Shown: positions 1-8,301, counted from the stretch's first letter. The stretch: DNA of 43,121 nucleotides from a virus (IMGVR_UViG_3300045988_071163:1-43121), one strand, 5' to 3'. A program made the numbers and translations. Notes: a model not told the origin generated them from the letters alone.

Positions 1-55
1 GAATGAACCTGTAGTAAGAATCTCTTCTACCTTGGCGTGATAACTGCTCCCTATC
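1..55. repeat. Terminal overlap, copy 1 (identical to 43067..43121)
   Basis: Direct comparison of the first and last 55 nt: gaatgaacctgtagtaagaatctcttctaccttggcgtgataactgctccctatc. Confidence 0.95.
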
Positions 56-168
56 ACTAATGCCTCGTTCTCTTTCTTAGGTTTTAATAATTCCCTGTAC
101 TCAAACCAATATCTTCTTCTGCAATCCTTGAAGTTATTAATTTGGCTAGTGGTTACTTCGTAAATCAT
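1..168 (-). CDS. PD-(D/E)XK (Cas4/RecB-like) nuclease, N-terminal 56 codons; the gene continues at 43066..42419 across the circular junction
   Basis: ATG at 168 translates to MIYEVTTSQINNFKDCRRRYWFEYRELLKPKKENEALVIGSSYHAKVEEILTTGSF. The frame is continuous with ORF 42419..43039 through the 55-nt overlap. Confidence 0.75.
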   Translation of the reverse strand, partial: MIYEVTTSQINNFKDCRRRYWFEYRELLKPKKENEALVIGSSYHAKVEEILTTGSF

Positions 169-318
169 GTTTCTTTACCCCTCTCTTTTCTTGCTTACTC
201 GTAAGCACCTAGAGCCGCGGGAATGGATTTTGGAAAATGATAGGAGAAATGACAAATGAGAAAATGTCTTACAACAGTCTTGCTCCCACGGCCGTAGATG
301 CTTACGAATCTACTTTTT

Positions 319-555
319 TTATTTATTTGTGTATTTCTTAAACAATGCTTCTATGACCTCATCAGTTGGACTCATGTTCCATTCGGTCATATAAGATATA
401 AATGCCTTTCTAGGTATGTGGACCGTTCTTCGTCCGTTCTCTCCTTCTACAACAGAGCCAGGCATTACACCCTGCTGTATCGCATTGATGATGAACTCTC
501 TGCTCTTGTGAGTGAGTTCCATCGCTTCGCTGACACTCATGTTCCATTCGTCCAT
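319..555 (-). CDS. Excisionase-like HTH (HTH_17/MerR-type) DNA-binding protein
   Basis: MSVSEAMELTHKSREFIINAIQQGVMPG...GRRTVHIPRKAF fits the Xis-type winged-HTH pattern. I chose the start at 555 because AAAGGAAG lies 6 nt upstream; the longer ORF starting at 585 has no RBS. Confidence 0.55.
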   Translation of the reverse strand: MDEWNMSVSEAMELTHKSREFIINAIQQGVMPGSVVEGENGRRTVHIPRKAFISYMTEWNMSPTDEVIEALFKKYTNK

Positions 556-612
556 ATTCTGCTTCCTTTCTTCCAGTATGTGCATTGTGGATGAACGTTT
601 TGGATAAAAAAA

Positions 613-801
613 TTAGTCTAAGATAATATCTTCAACTTTCACATTGCAAGCATTCGCAATTTTAATAAGTTCTTTTGCTAACCAATTTCTTTTGCCTTGC
701 TCTTTTTTTGCGTAAGTATTTGGATTCATACCAACGAAAGTAGCAAATTGGACTTGATTCATATTCATGCCAACTCTTAATTGTTTTACTGTATAGCCCA
801 T
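613..801 (-). CDS. XRE-family HTH regulator in the Cro-like position (first gene of the leftward early operon)
   Basis: 62 aa with the Cro/CI HTH pattern (QVQFATFVGMNPNTYAKKEQGKR). GGAGG RBS, and divergent from the second XRE gene. Confidence 0.7.
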   Translation of the reverse strand: MGYTVKQLRVGMNMNQVQFATFVGMNPNTYAKKEQGKRNWLAKELIKIANACNVKVEDIILD

Positions 802-834
802 CGCTTCCTCCTTTCTTGTTCATCTACAGTGAAC

Positions 835-863
835 ATAGTACATTAAAAACCGTGCATTGTCAA
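835..863 (-). promoter_or_regulatory. Leftward early promoter TTGACA-N17-TACTAT
   Basis: On the minus strand the -35 is at 863..858 and the -10 at 840..835, with an exact 17-nt spacer. Confidence 0.6.
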
Positions 864-868
864 TGCAC
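852..868. promoter_or_regulatory. Candidate operator: 17-bp palindrome GTGCATTG-T-CAATGCAC
   Basis: Perfect 8-bp inverted arms overlapping the -35 of the leftward promoter. A related half-site CAACGCACA lies at 901..909. Confidence 0.55.
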
Positions 869-922
869 ATTGGACATTTTTTTGTTTTTTTGTACAATTT
901 CAACGCACAGCATTAGTGTTTT

Positions 923-931
923 TGTTATAAT
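923..931 (+). promoter_or_regulatory. Extended -10 element TGTTATAAT for the rightward repressor/integrase transcript
   Basis: The TGnTATAAT motif ends 24 nt upstream of the ATG at 956. No good -35 is present. Confidence 0.45.
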
Positions 932-955
932 AATATCAGAAAGGAGGGAATAAAA

Positions 956-1192
956 ATGAGTGATATCGATGTTAGAATTGGAAGAAAACTCCAAAAATTA
1001 AGAGAATCTAAAAATCTATCACTTAACGATGTTGGTCTGAAAGTAGGCAAAGCACGAAATACCATTCACGCTTATGAGAAGGGCAAAATATCAATAAGTG
1101 TAAATGTTTTAGAGGCTGTATGTAATGCTTTAGATTATAGTTATATTGATTTGCTGGATGAAATTGTACAAGACATGAAAAGAGATAAATAA
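956..1192 (+). CDS. XRE-family HTH regulator in the CI-like repressor position
   Basis: 78 aa with LRESKNLSLNDVGLKVGKARNTIHAYEKGK. AGGAGGG RBS. Same strand as the integrase and divergent from the cro-like gene. Confidence 0.7.
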   Translation: MSDIDVRIGRKLQKLRESKNLSLNDVGLKVGKARNTIHAYEKGKISISVNVLEAVCNALDYSYIDLLDEIVQDMKRDK

Positions 1193-1202
1193 ATATTTAA
1201 AT

Positions 1203-1234
1203 AAAAAAAAGCACCCTAGCGCCAACTAGGATGC
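1203..1234 (-). terminator. Hairpin plus U-run, reading on the minus strand
   Basis: gcaccctag/ctaggatgc stem (one mismatch), followed on the minus strand by 8 U (A-run 1203..1210). Confidence 0.45.
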
Positions 1235-1337
1235 AACGGTTGTAAAAGAAACCATCTCATAAAGTCCTTCTACGTGTTTAATTATATCATGATTGGCACG
1301 TACAAGGCAAAAGTAAATAGAAAGGACGTGCCACATT

Positions 1338-2471
1338 ATGGCTAGAAAGACTAGATTTGGGCGCAGACCCAATAATACTGGGACCGTAGTTAAACTATCG
1401 GGCAAACGAAGAACTCCCTTCTGCGCTCGTGTAATGAGCGATGAAAGAGATATCATAACAGGGAAGAAGAAACAGATATGTATAGGCACTTTCGCAACTC
1501 GTGAAGAGGCACTAAATGCGTTGTCTCTTTATTCTCTAAAGAAATCTAACAGCATCACAAATGAAGATGCTAGAAATATTGCTCCTAATTTATTCGATAG
1601 AATTCAAGAGAAAACTAAAAAACATGTTCCGACATTCAAGGATATTTATCACATCCTAGACGAAGAAGAATTCAGTAAACTATCGAAATCGGCAAGAAAT
1701 GGATATGGCTCATGGATTAAGCATTTTGAAACCATATATAATAGACCGATAGATAATATAACTCTCGCTGACCTACAATATGTATTCGATAATGACAAGT
1801 CAAAGAATGGAACTCAAATGCACATGAAAGTTCTATGTTCCAAGATTTTTGAATACGCAGTGATTCATCAGTATATTTCGAGAGACTTCGATTATACATC
1901 TTATATTAGAACTGCTGAATTCAAGCAGTCAGCAAAGCACTATCCGTTCACCATGGATGAAATCAAGAAATTAAAAACAATAAACACTTCAGAAGCACAT
2001 TTGATACTTATATATATTTACACTGGTCTTCGAGCAGGTGAATTATTAAACATTAGCAGAAGCAACATTCACATAGATGAATACTGCAATGACGATGGCT
2101 CAAATAAATCGATAAGTTACATTGTGACAGGTTCCAAAACAGATGCAGGTAAAAATAGAGTTGTACCGATACACAATGATATTAAACAGTTCGTCATTGA
2201 TGAACTACTTACTTCGGACAAACGATTAATAGATTGTACATACGCATCATTGAATAGTACCGTGTTATCGACTGTAAATGGATATTTGAAAGCGACGCAC
2301 ACAATGCATGATACTCGTCAGACATTTGCATCACTGTGCCAATTATATAAAGTGGATGTATATGCAAGAAAGAAAATACTGGGTCACAAATTAAAAGACA
2401 TCACGTTTGATATCTATACAAATGCCTCCAAAAATAAGTTGTGGACAGAAGTGAATAAGATTATAATATAG
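1338..2471 (+). CDS. int: Tyrosine recombinase / phage integrase
   Basis: 377 aa with the catalytic pattern GLRAGELL ... HDTRQTFAS ... LGHKLKDITFDIYT (R, HxxR, H, Y). Confidence 0.9.
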   Translation: MARKTRFGRRPNNTGTVVKLSGKRRTPFCARVMSDERDIITGKKKQICIGTFATREEALNALSLYSLKKSNSITNEDARNIAPNLFDRIQEKTKKHVPTFKDIYHILDEEEFSKLSKSARNGYGSWIKHFETIYNRPIDNITLADLQYVFDNDKSKNGTQMHMKVLCSKIFEYAVIHQYISRDFDYTSYIRTAEFKQSAKHYPFTMDEIKKLKTINTSEAHLILIYIYTGLRAGELLNISRSNIHIDEYCNDDGSNKSISYIVTGSKTDAGKNRVVPIHNDIKQFVIDELLTSDKRLIDCTYASLNSTVLSTVNGYLKATHTMHDTRQTFASLCQLYKVDVYARKKILGHKLKDITFDIYTNASKNKLWTEVNKIII

Positions 2472-2511
2472 TAGTCAGCGGTAGAAGTACTCTAAGTGAG
2501 CCTACCTGCGA

Positions 2512-2538
2512 AAGGCGCCTCAAGGGGTGCCTTTTTTT
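2512..2538 (+). terminator. Rho-independent terminator after int
   Basis: aaggcgcc / ggtgcctt stem (one G-U pair), 6-nt loop, then a T7 run. Confidence 0.7.
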
Positions 2539-2540
2539 GC

Positions 2541-2559
2541 TACTGATTTGTTACTAATT
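2541..2559 (+). repeat. 19-bp direct repeat tactgatttgttactaatt, copy 1
   Basis: Exact match to 2679..2697. Confidence 0.9.
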
Positions 2560-2678
2560 GTCTCATAACGAGTACTTATGACAGACAAAAAGTCCTGTAA
2601 ATAAGCCATTTTTTAGTAGATAAATTTTTAAAGCTTGAAATTAAAAAGCACGTAAATAAAGGAAAAAATGACCCTTGT

Positions 2679-2697
2679 TACTGATTTGTTACTAATT
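2679..2697 (+). repeat. 19-bp direct repeat tactgatttgttactaatt, copy 2
   Basis: Exact match to 2541..2559, 138 bp away. Confidence 0.9.
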
Positions 2698-2737
2698 ATG
2701 CACTAAATAGAGATAAAATAGTGCATATTAAAGCATT

Positions 2738-2768
2738 AAAAAAAAGACAGACGGCAATCTGTCTTTTT
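2738..2768. terminator. Bidirectional terminator downstream of the endolysin
   Basis: agacag / ctgtct stem with an 8-nt loop, flanked by an A8 run on the left and a T5 run on the right. Confidence 0.6.
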
Positions 2769-2854
2769 GAATAGCAGAAGCAATGATTGTCTACTAAATC
2801 TAAATTTCATTTAATATTTTAGTATTTGTTTCTTAGATTGTCAACATTTCCATG

Positions 2855-3730
2855 TTACATCTTAGTCCCTTTAAGAAGCCAATCCCATGTGTTCGTTCCC
2901 ACGATTCCGTCTTGCTTCAAGCCTCTATTCTTCTGGAATACTTTAACCGCTCTTTCTGTTCCACCGCCAAATTTTCCATCTGTTGATAATTTAAAACCAA
3001 CACTGTTCAAGCGTTCTTGGATTAACTTTGTAATATTTCCTTTCGCTCCTCGCTTAACCGTAACACAAGCGCTTAGCGTTTTTGGTCCTTTTAGTCCATC
3101 AACTTTTAATCCTTTGTCAAACTGATCGTTTAGTTCGCTCTGTAGTCTTGCGACCCAAGCATCATAGCCACTCTTTTGTGGCACTGGAGTATCTGCTTTT
3201 GGAATTGCCACAGGAGCGCCATTTAAGCGACTTTTAAATGCATTCCAAGTTGCATCGTTTAGTAGCCCGTTACAATTAGGACACGCTTTACCATTTACAT
3301 CATAATGACGGATGACATTTTTAATTGGAATATTGTATTTTTTCATCAATACCTTACCCAATTCGATTGCATTTTCAAGTGTCTTGTCAGTGATTTCAAC
3401 AACTCCATTTTTATAGCAATCGCACATTTCGATGCTGATAGAGTTGGCATTCTTACAGATATTATAGAGTGGGTGATGTTTAGACTGACATTTTCCCCCA
3501 ACCGAATACGCTGCATAGTTATCTGGTACTGACTGCGTTACGCTGTCATCATCCACAAAGTAATGTGCTGATGCCTTTACGATATGATTATGAAAATGCT
3601 TGCCATTACATTCGTCAGAATCGCCGTCGTTTCCAGTGTAGTGATAAACTAAATACTTAATAGTGTTTAACGCTCTGACACCACCATAGTTCTGCTTATT
3701 CGCAATATTGGTTTTTAATGTATATCCCAT
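2855..3730 (-). CDS. Endolysin: N-acetylmuramoyl-L-alanine amidase (Amidase_2/PGRP fold) with C-terminal PG_binding_1 repeats
   Basis: YHYTGNDGD...AHYFVDD...SISIEMCD...IRHYDVNGKACPN in the N-terminal part, then two LKVDGxxGPKT / LKQDGIVGTNTW peptidoglycan-binding motifs. Confidence 0.9.
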   Translation of the reverse strand: MGYTLKTNIANKQNYGGVRALNTIKYLVYHYTGNDGDSDECNGKHFHNHIVKASAHYFVDDDSVTQSVPDNYAAYSVGGKCQSKHHPLYNICKNANSISIEMCDCYKNGVVEITDKTLENAIELGKVLMKKYNIPIKNVIRHYDVNGKACPNCNGLLNDATWNAFKSRLNGAPVAIPKADTPVPQKSGYDAWVARLQSELNDQFDKGLKVDGLKGPKTLSACVTVKRGAKGNITKLIQERLNSVGFKLSTDGKFGGGTERAVKVFQKNRGLKQDGIVGTNTWDWLLKGTKM

Positions 3731-3732
3731 GA

Positions 3733-4026
3733 TTATTCCTCCTCAAAATATGCGCCAATTCCATAATTATCGGCACACATATATTCGATTCTGCATCCTC
3801 GTGCAGTATTCCAGTCTTTTACGAAATAGGCTATATCCGCGGTTGATAGCAATTCGATAGATTTTCCAAGACACCACAAAGGAGTGCCATCACTATCAAT
3901 GTAACTGTCAATGATTTCAGCATCATCGCCATAGAGATTTTTGATGTTTTTGATAGCCTTTTCTCTATTTGATTTAATTTCTTTCTCTGATAAGCCTTTC
4001 ATGGGCTGTGAAATAAATACCTTCAT
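3733..4026 (-). CDS. DUF4406 / nucleoside 2-deoxyribosyltransferase-like small protein
   Basis: 97 aa. MKVFISQPMKGL at the N-terminus and ADIAYFVKDWNTARGCRIEYMCADNYGI at the C-terminus fit the DUF4406 pattern as I remember it. Confidence 0.5.
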   Translation of the reverse strand: MKVFISQPMKGLSEKEIKSNREKAIKNIKNLYGDDAEIIDSYIDSDGTPLWCLGKSIELLSTADIAYFVKDWNTARGCRIEYMCADNYGIGAYFEEE

Positions 4027-4028
4027 TT

Positions 4029-4364
4029 TTATTCCTCCTCGTATCTTGTAATAGGCGCTTTAGCCTTGATTACATTGATGTCGCCTAATGCAATATGCAA
4101 GACTTCATTTGTTTTAGAAAATGCTCTGCATTCATAGCAAAGTCTTCTTCCGCATTTTCCTAACGTATCACTAGGTTCTAACTTTGCAGTGATAATATTT
4201 TCTTTTGCTGTCGCTTCTTTCCTTTTAATCTCACCATTGTCAACGATAGCGAATACAATTCTATAATCATCGAAGTAATAAGGTTTGCATTCTGATGAGC
4301 GTGAAAACTTTATCTGATGAGTAGTTCCTTCTACGACATCTATATCGTACTTGTTACATTTCAT
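4029..4364 (-). CDS. Hypothetical protein
   Basis: 111-aa ORF, tightly packed on the same strand (2-nt gap from the next gene). Confidence 0.5.
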   Translation of the reverse strand: MKCNKYDIDVVEGTTHQIKFSRSSECKPYYFDDYRIVFAIVDNGEIKRKEATAKENIITAKLEPSDTLGKCGRRLCYECRAFSKTNEVLHIALGDINVIKAKAPITRYEEE

Positions 4365-4619
4365 TTATTCATCTCCCTTAAAATCTTCTATCTTTCCAAC
4401 ATCTATATTGATTTGTTCGATCAAAGTGAGTTCGGCGTAAGCCCCAACGGATGTTTCAATATTGATGTCATTTTCCGTGATATATATACGAGAGCCATAG
4501 GCAGATGTATTACACACATCGATATCTTGCAAATGTGATAACTCAACATTTATTTCTGTGACATGTGTCTCATCATTTCCCGCTGTATATAGAAAAAGAG
4601 TAAACCAACCTCTACTCAT
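4365..4619 (-). CDS. Hypothetical protein
   Basis: The ATG at 4619 overlaps the upstream stop (ATGA). Abuts 4364. Confidence 0.5.
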   Translation of the reverse strand: MSRGWFTLFLYTAGNDETHVTEINVELSHLQDIDVCNTSAYGSRIYITENDINIETSVGAYAELTLIEQINIDVGKIEDFKGDE

Positions 4620-4903
4620 CCCGACCACACTCCATCACTTGACTTTGCATATATCCTTATGAGATAGTCACCGTCGCCTTTAGATAGTTCTGTATCAATC
4701 ACACTTACTACTCCTGTGCTGCCTGTTTTTAGACTAGCACCACTTTCTACAAGTAATCCTATTCCTCTACCGGAAGATTCACCCTCGCGGGTTGCACGAG
4801 CCTCCCATTCAGTTACATCAATATCGCAATGAAATTTGCACACGCACTCATTTATTCCGAGCACTCTAGATATTCGATACTTATCTATAGTATCAATTGT
4901 CAC
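4616..4903 (-). CDS. Beta-rich hypothetical protein; downstream part of an ORF apparently split at an A9 tract
   Basis: The ORF-track start is a GTG at 4903, but the same frame stays open upstream to 5095 with protein-like sequence (NITVDFGTSLTNTIVCDAWGSSFAAVGDVWLTGGLYTLTYRIAEAPI). Confidence 0.5.
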   Translation of the reverse strand: MTIDTIDKYRISRVLGINECVCKFHCDIDVTEWEARATREGESSGRGIGLLVESGASLKTGSTGVVSVIDTELSKGDGDYLIRIYAKSSDGVWSG

Positions 4904-5037
4904 AATAGGCGCCTCGGCAATTCTATATGTGAGAGTGTAAAGTCCGCCTGTGAGCCATACATCTCCTACTGCGGCAAAGGAAGAACCCCAAGCATCACAT
5001 ACAATCGTATTTGTTAATGATGTGCCAAAATCAACTG

Positions 5038-5268
5038 TTATATTAGTTGTTTTTTTTTGTATGTATCTCCGCCATTTACAGTGAATCTGACTGCGTTAGC
5101 ATATGTGTAATAGCAGTTGAATACGCCAGTGAATTTAGCAGAAACAACAATCGCATTAGAAGGCAAAACAGGAATATCCCATGTCACGTTTTCACGATTG
5201 TGTCCACTTCCAGCAATATGGATTTTAGGCATTGTGGCTTCGGCGGTTACTGTATATTCCTGTGCCAT
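5038..5268 (-). CDS. Hypothetical protein; upstream part of the split ORF
   Basis: 76 aa ending ...GGDTYKKKQLI, just after the A9 run (5050..5058). A -1 shift there fuses it to the 4616..5095 frame. Confidence 0.5.
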   Translation of the reverse strand: MAQEYTVTAEATMPKIHIAGSGHNRENVTWDIPVLPSNAIVVSAKFTGVFNCYYTYANAVRFTVNGGDTYKKKQLI

Positions 5269-5272
5269 GGTA

Positions 5273-5932
5273 TTATGCTACTGACCAAGTACCAACAGTA
5301 TTCTTGACGAATACTTTGATAATCTTTTCGCCATCTCCACTAGAAGCAAGTTCGAGGTCTTTTCCGTAAATCTTGCAAGAGATTGCTGTGCTAGCCTTGA
5401 AAGTGCCAGTTGCGCTCATGTTTGTAGAACCATTTGCAGTGCCGATTAATGTGCCAGCATCATGCAATGACGATTTAGATGGTACGACTTTAATCTTATA
5501 TTCCGTAAACGCTACATCTGAAGTGAAACTGAAAGTTGCAACGTCTTTTGGCGATGTCTTAGAAATTCTAGATACATCTGGTCCGATGATAGTAACCGCT
5601 GGAACTGATGTGTCTAATGTGATACTAGTAGATGTTACTGCTGTTTCATTATAAACATCATCTCTAACTTTCACATATACAGTTTTCAGTCCATCTCCTG
5701 TTGGAAGAGTGATATCTTTAACGTTAGCGAGTGTTTCCCAAACTGCATCTGATTCCTTAGCAATTCCATCGATGCCCCATACTTTCATCTGATATCCGTC
5801 TGCGGATTCATCAGTCACATTAATTGCAAGTTGAACTGCTTTGCTTGTAGTATATTGAGACCCATTATTTAACTTGATAGTCAACCCCTGTGGAGCAAGA
5901 GTATCGAGTGTTAGATTGAAATAACTTGCCAT
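5273..5932 (-). CDS. Ig-like-domain protein (two beta-sandwich-like halves)
   Basis: LTLDTLAPQGLTI and LDTSVPAVTII are typical openings of bacterial Ig-like domains. GGAGAA RBS. Confidence 0.5.
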   Translation of the reverse strand: MASYFNLTLDTLAPQGLTIKLNNGSQYTTSKAVQLAINVTDESADGYQMKVWGIDGIAKESDAVWETLANVKDITLPTGDGLKTVYVKVRDDVYNETAVTSTSITLDTSVPAVTIIGPDVSRISKTSPKDVATFSFTSDVAFTEYKIKVVPSKSSLHDAGTLIGTANGSTNMSATGTFKASTAISCKIYGKDLELASSGDGEKIIKVFVKNTVGTWSVA

Positions 5933-5934
5933 GA

Positions 5935-6393
5935 TTATTCTCCTTTATTGATAGCCTGTTCAGCCACTTCTAAACCTTTTGTGAGGAAGACAGGCACATT
6001 GTCGCCTGCTTCTACAAAGTTCTCTAAGATACTGCGTAACTCATTAATAATTAATGATGCGATTGTAAACCAACCAATATAAGCAGTTACAGATAAGTCA
6101 ATTCCTAAAGTCTTACCAATCTCAATAAAAATCGCTGATGCGAGAAAAGCAACGAGTACCATTAACCAGTACCCCAACTTTTTCCATACACCACGCACTC
6201 CCTTGGCAGAATTATCCTTCCCCGTTAAACGTGACTTTCTAACTCCTGTGATGTAATCAATCACATTAAGAACTAGAAACCCAACAAATAACAGCCAATG
6301 AGTACCAAAAACTGCACTCAGTACTGCCACGATAGTTCCTCCTAATGCATTGATTGAATCCATATACTTTAATGATGTGTTGTATAATTTCAT
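5935..6393 (-). CDS. Holin (Phage_holin_4_1 / toxin-secretion holin family)
   Basis: 152 aa with multiple predicted TM segments. IDYITGV...KGxxKKLGYW...NELRSILEN is characteristic of this family. Confidence 0.8.
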   Translation of the reverse strand: MKLYNTSLKYMDSINALGGTIVAVLSAVFGTHWLLFVGFLVLNVIDYITGVRKSRLTGKDNSAKGVRGVWKKLGYWLMVLVAFLASAIFIEIGKTLGIDLSVTAYIGWFTIASLIINELRSILENFVEAGDNVPVFLTKGLEVAEQAINKGE

Positions 6394-6414
6394 TTTAATT
6401 TCCCCTTGTTTTTT

Positions 6415-8301
6415 TTATTTGTTTGCTGAAACTCTTGGAATCATAACGAATCCTGTTATATAAGCACCTTTGGCAACAGTTACAGAATCCATTGATATGA
6501 GTGCCAATTTATTGCTGGATAAAGAAGGATAGTATCTTATCGCCAATCTGTATCTATTGTCCGTTACAACAGCGCTAAAGAAATTACCTATACCACCAAT
6601 AAGGCTGGGAAGATTTCCATCTCCTGGAGAGTACCCTGTTCCTGCTGAAAATCCTGTGTTGTTAGAAAAAGAACCATCATAAGAAAGAAATACAAAATAT
6701 CCGTTATAGCGATACTTGAATGTGATACCACATGTGCTCCCTAACGTAACTGGTGTAGACCATCCCATAGGTTGCATAACTCTATGCTGTAATTTTCCAT
6801 CCTTAAGAACAGGAATCCATGTATCAGTCTGATTTTCTGTATCAAAATCAAAGGTATAGCCATTGAATGACTGCGCTTCAAGAGGCATATCTACCTTTAA
6901 CTTTCCAGTCTCTGCCTTACACCCTATACCTATTCCTCTGCCATCAGCAGAGAAATCAAGCAACTTGAATGATGGTACGATAGCCGAATACGCTGAAACG
7001 CCATCTACTGTAAAATAATCCTTTACAAGCACTCTGAAGGAATAGGCATTGTCTGTACTGAACTTGCCGGCAGATGATATATACACTTTGTTATCGCCAC
7101 TGTATGAATCTGTATAAGTTGCAAGAGTAGTCCATGTCTCGCCATCCTTATACTGGATCATGACAGTCTTATCATTTTTGTTTGCAACAGGTGCAATTGA
7201 AAATGAATAAGTAATCTTCACTGCCGTGCCGTCATCATCTGCTTTGTTAGTCGATACATTCCAACGTTGCGCACTCACATTCTTTACGGTCGGTGACCAC
7301 CACTCTGTAACACTAATATTCTTAAAGAGTGTAGCCTTTTGTCCTCTTGAATCTGTAACTGTCGTTCTAAGGACTACTGTACCAGAAGATTTAAACGGTT
7401 GAGTAATGAACCAAGTGTTAGGGCCTTGAGCAATTTGTCCGTCAATCTCATTGTAATAGTAAGTGATTTTTGCACCGTTCTTCGCCGTTGCTGATACATT
7501 ACATTTGACTTTTGAAATGCCTTGAATAATTGTTGATGCACCGAATCTGTTCGCAATTGCAGTATCATCGTTTGCGTATGTAATACCTGTGATAGTCGGT
7601 TCGTATCCGGATGGCATCAATAAATCTAATCGACAGTAGTTAGTGCCGATGTACTTTCCGGCGCGATTATACGTATCAACCTTGAAAGTCAGATAAGACT
7701 GAGATGCATTAGTCATCTTATCAATGAGTGATATAGGAACTTTCCACTTGAATTCATCATTCCACTGATTATCAGCAATCTGTACTTTCGTATCATAATA
7801 ACTGTATGAAATTACATGTCCAAAATCAGTAGATGCTCTAGGCGTCTTGATTGTGACGCTGTTCCCAAAATAAACCGATGCTGGAGAACAGTAAGGCTTA
7901 GTCGCCCTAGGAATGACATCGCAGTCGATGCCACCAGAAGCAGATACACTACCTACATAGTGGCCCGAAAGAGTGACTTTTAATTCCTGTGAGAATGAGA
8001 AATCAAAATGCTTGCCACCGTTATTGTCATGAGGAATCTTGATGTTTGTGACTGTCGCAAGAGTCTTAGTTCCACCGCTCGCACCGACACTTACACCACC
8101 CGACCAAATAAGGACACCATTGGCCCACATAGAGCCATATTTTGTAGCACTGGAATTGATATTCCATTTATAGTACATTGTCAATTTAGCAGTCCACAAA
8201 TCATAGTTGCCGTCCACATTGACACTTGTTCGTATCATTGTCATTGTGACATTGCCGTTTCCACTTGCAAAAGAAGCAGAACATGATGAAGATGTTGCCA
8301 T
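6415..8301 (-). CDS. Putative receptor-binding tail fibre / baseplate protein
   Basis: 628 aa, beta-rich with high S/T/G/N content. It is the last large gene of the tail module. Confidence 0.55.
   Translation of the reverse strand: MATSSSCSASFASGNGNVTMTMIRTSVNVDGNYDLWTAKLTMYYKWNINSSATKYGSMWANGVLIWSGGVSVGASGGTKTLATVTNIKIPHDNNGGKHFDFSFSQELKVTLSGHYVGSVSASGGIDCDVIPRATKPYCSPASVYFGNSVTIKTPRASTDFGHVISYSYYDTKVQIADNQWNDEFKWKVPISLIDKMTNASQSYLTFKVDTYNRAGKYIGTNYCRLDLLMPSGYEPTITGITYANDDTAIANRFGASTIIQGISKVKCNVSATAKNGAKITYYYNEIDGQIAQGPNTWFITQPFKSSGTVVLRTTVTDSRGQKATLFKNISVTEWWSPTVKNVSAQRWNVSTNKADDDGTAVKITYSFSIAPVANKNDKTVMIQYKDGETWTTLATYTDSYSGDNKVYISSAGKFSTDNAYSFRVLVKDYFTVDGVSAYSAIVPSFKLLDFSADGRGIGIGCKAETGKLKVDMPLEAQSFNGYTFDFDTENQTDTWIPVLKDGKLQHRVMQPMGWSTPVTLGSTCGITFKYRYNGYFVFLSYDGSFSNNTGFSAGTGYSPGDGNLPSLIGGIGNFFSAVVTDNRYRLAIRYYPSLSSNKLALISMDSVTVAKGAYITGFVMIPRVSANK

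Larger units (their letters stand above)
2472..2854. other. Non-coding region between int and the endolysin; candidate attP region
   Basis: 383 bp with no convincing ORF, adjacent to int, containing a 19-bp direct repeat pair. Confidence 0.4.

Noticed and set aside
1-55. The 55-nt terminal repeat, considered as a genuine direct terminal repeat of the virion DNA.
   Set aside because: 55 nt is a typical assembler k-mer overlap, and the repeat lies inside a coding gene. Circular closure is the simpler explanation. Only read-level data can settle it.
370-550. 16-bp direct repeat actcatgttccattcg at 370..385 and 535..550 inside the excisionase-like gene.
   Set aside because: Both copies are in frame and encode the same peptide (EWNMS). 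This looks like an internal peptide repeat rather than a regulatory or recombination site.
1226-1489. 87-aa minus-strand ORF overlapping the integrase start.
   Set aside because: It is antisense to a well-supported integrase gene and has no RBS. The terminator at 1203..1234 would end such a transcript anyway.
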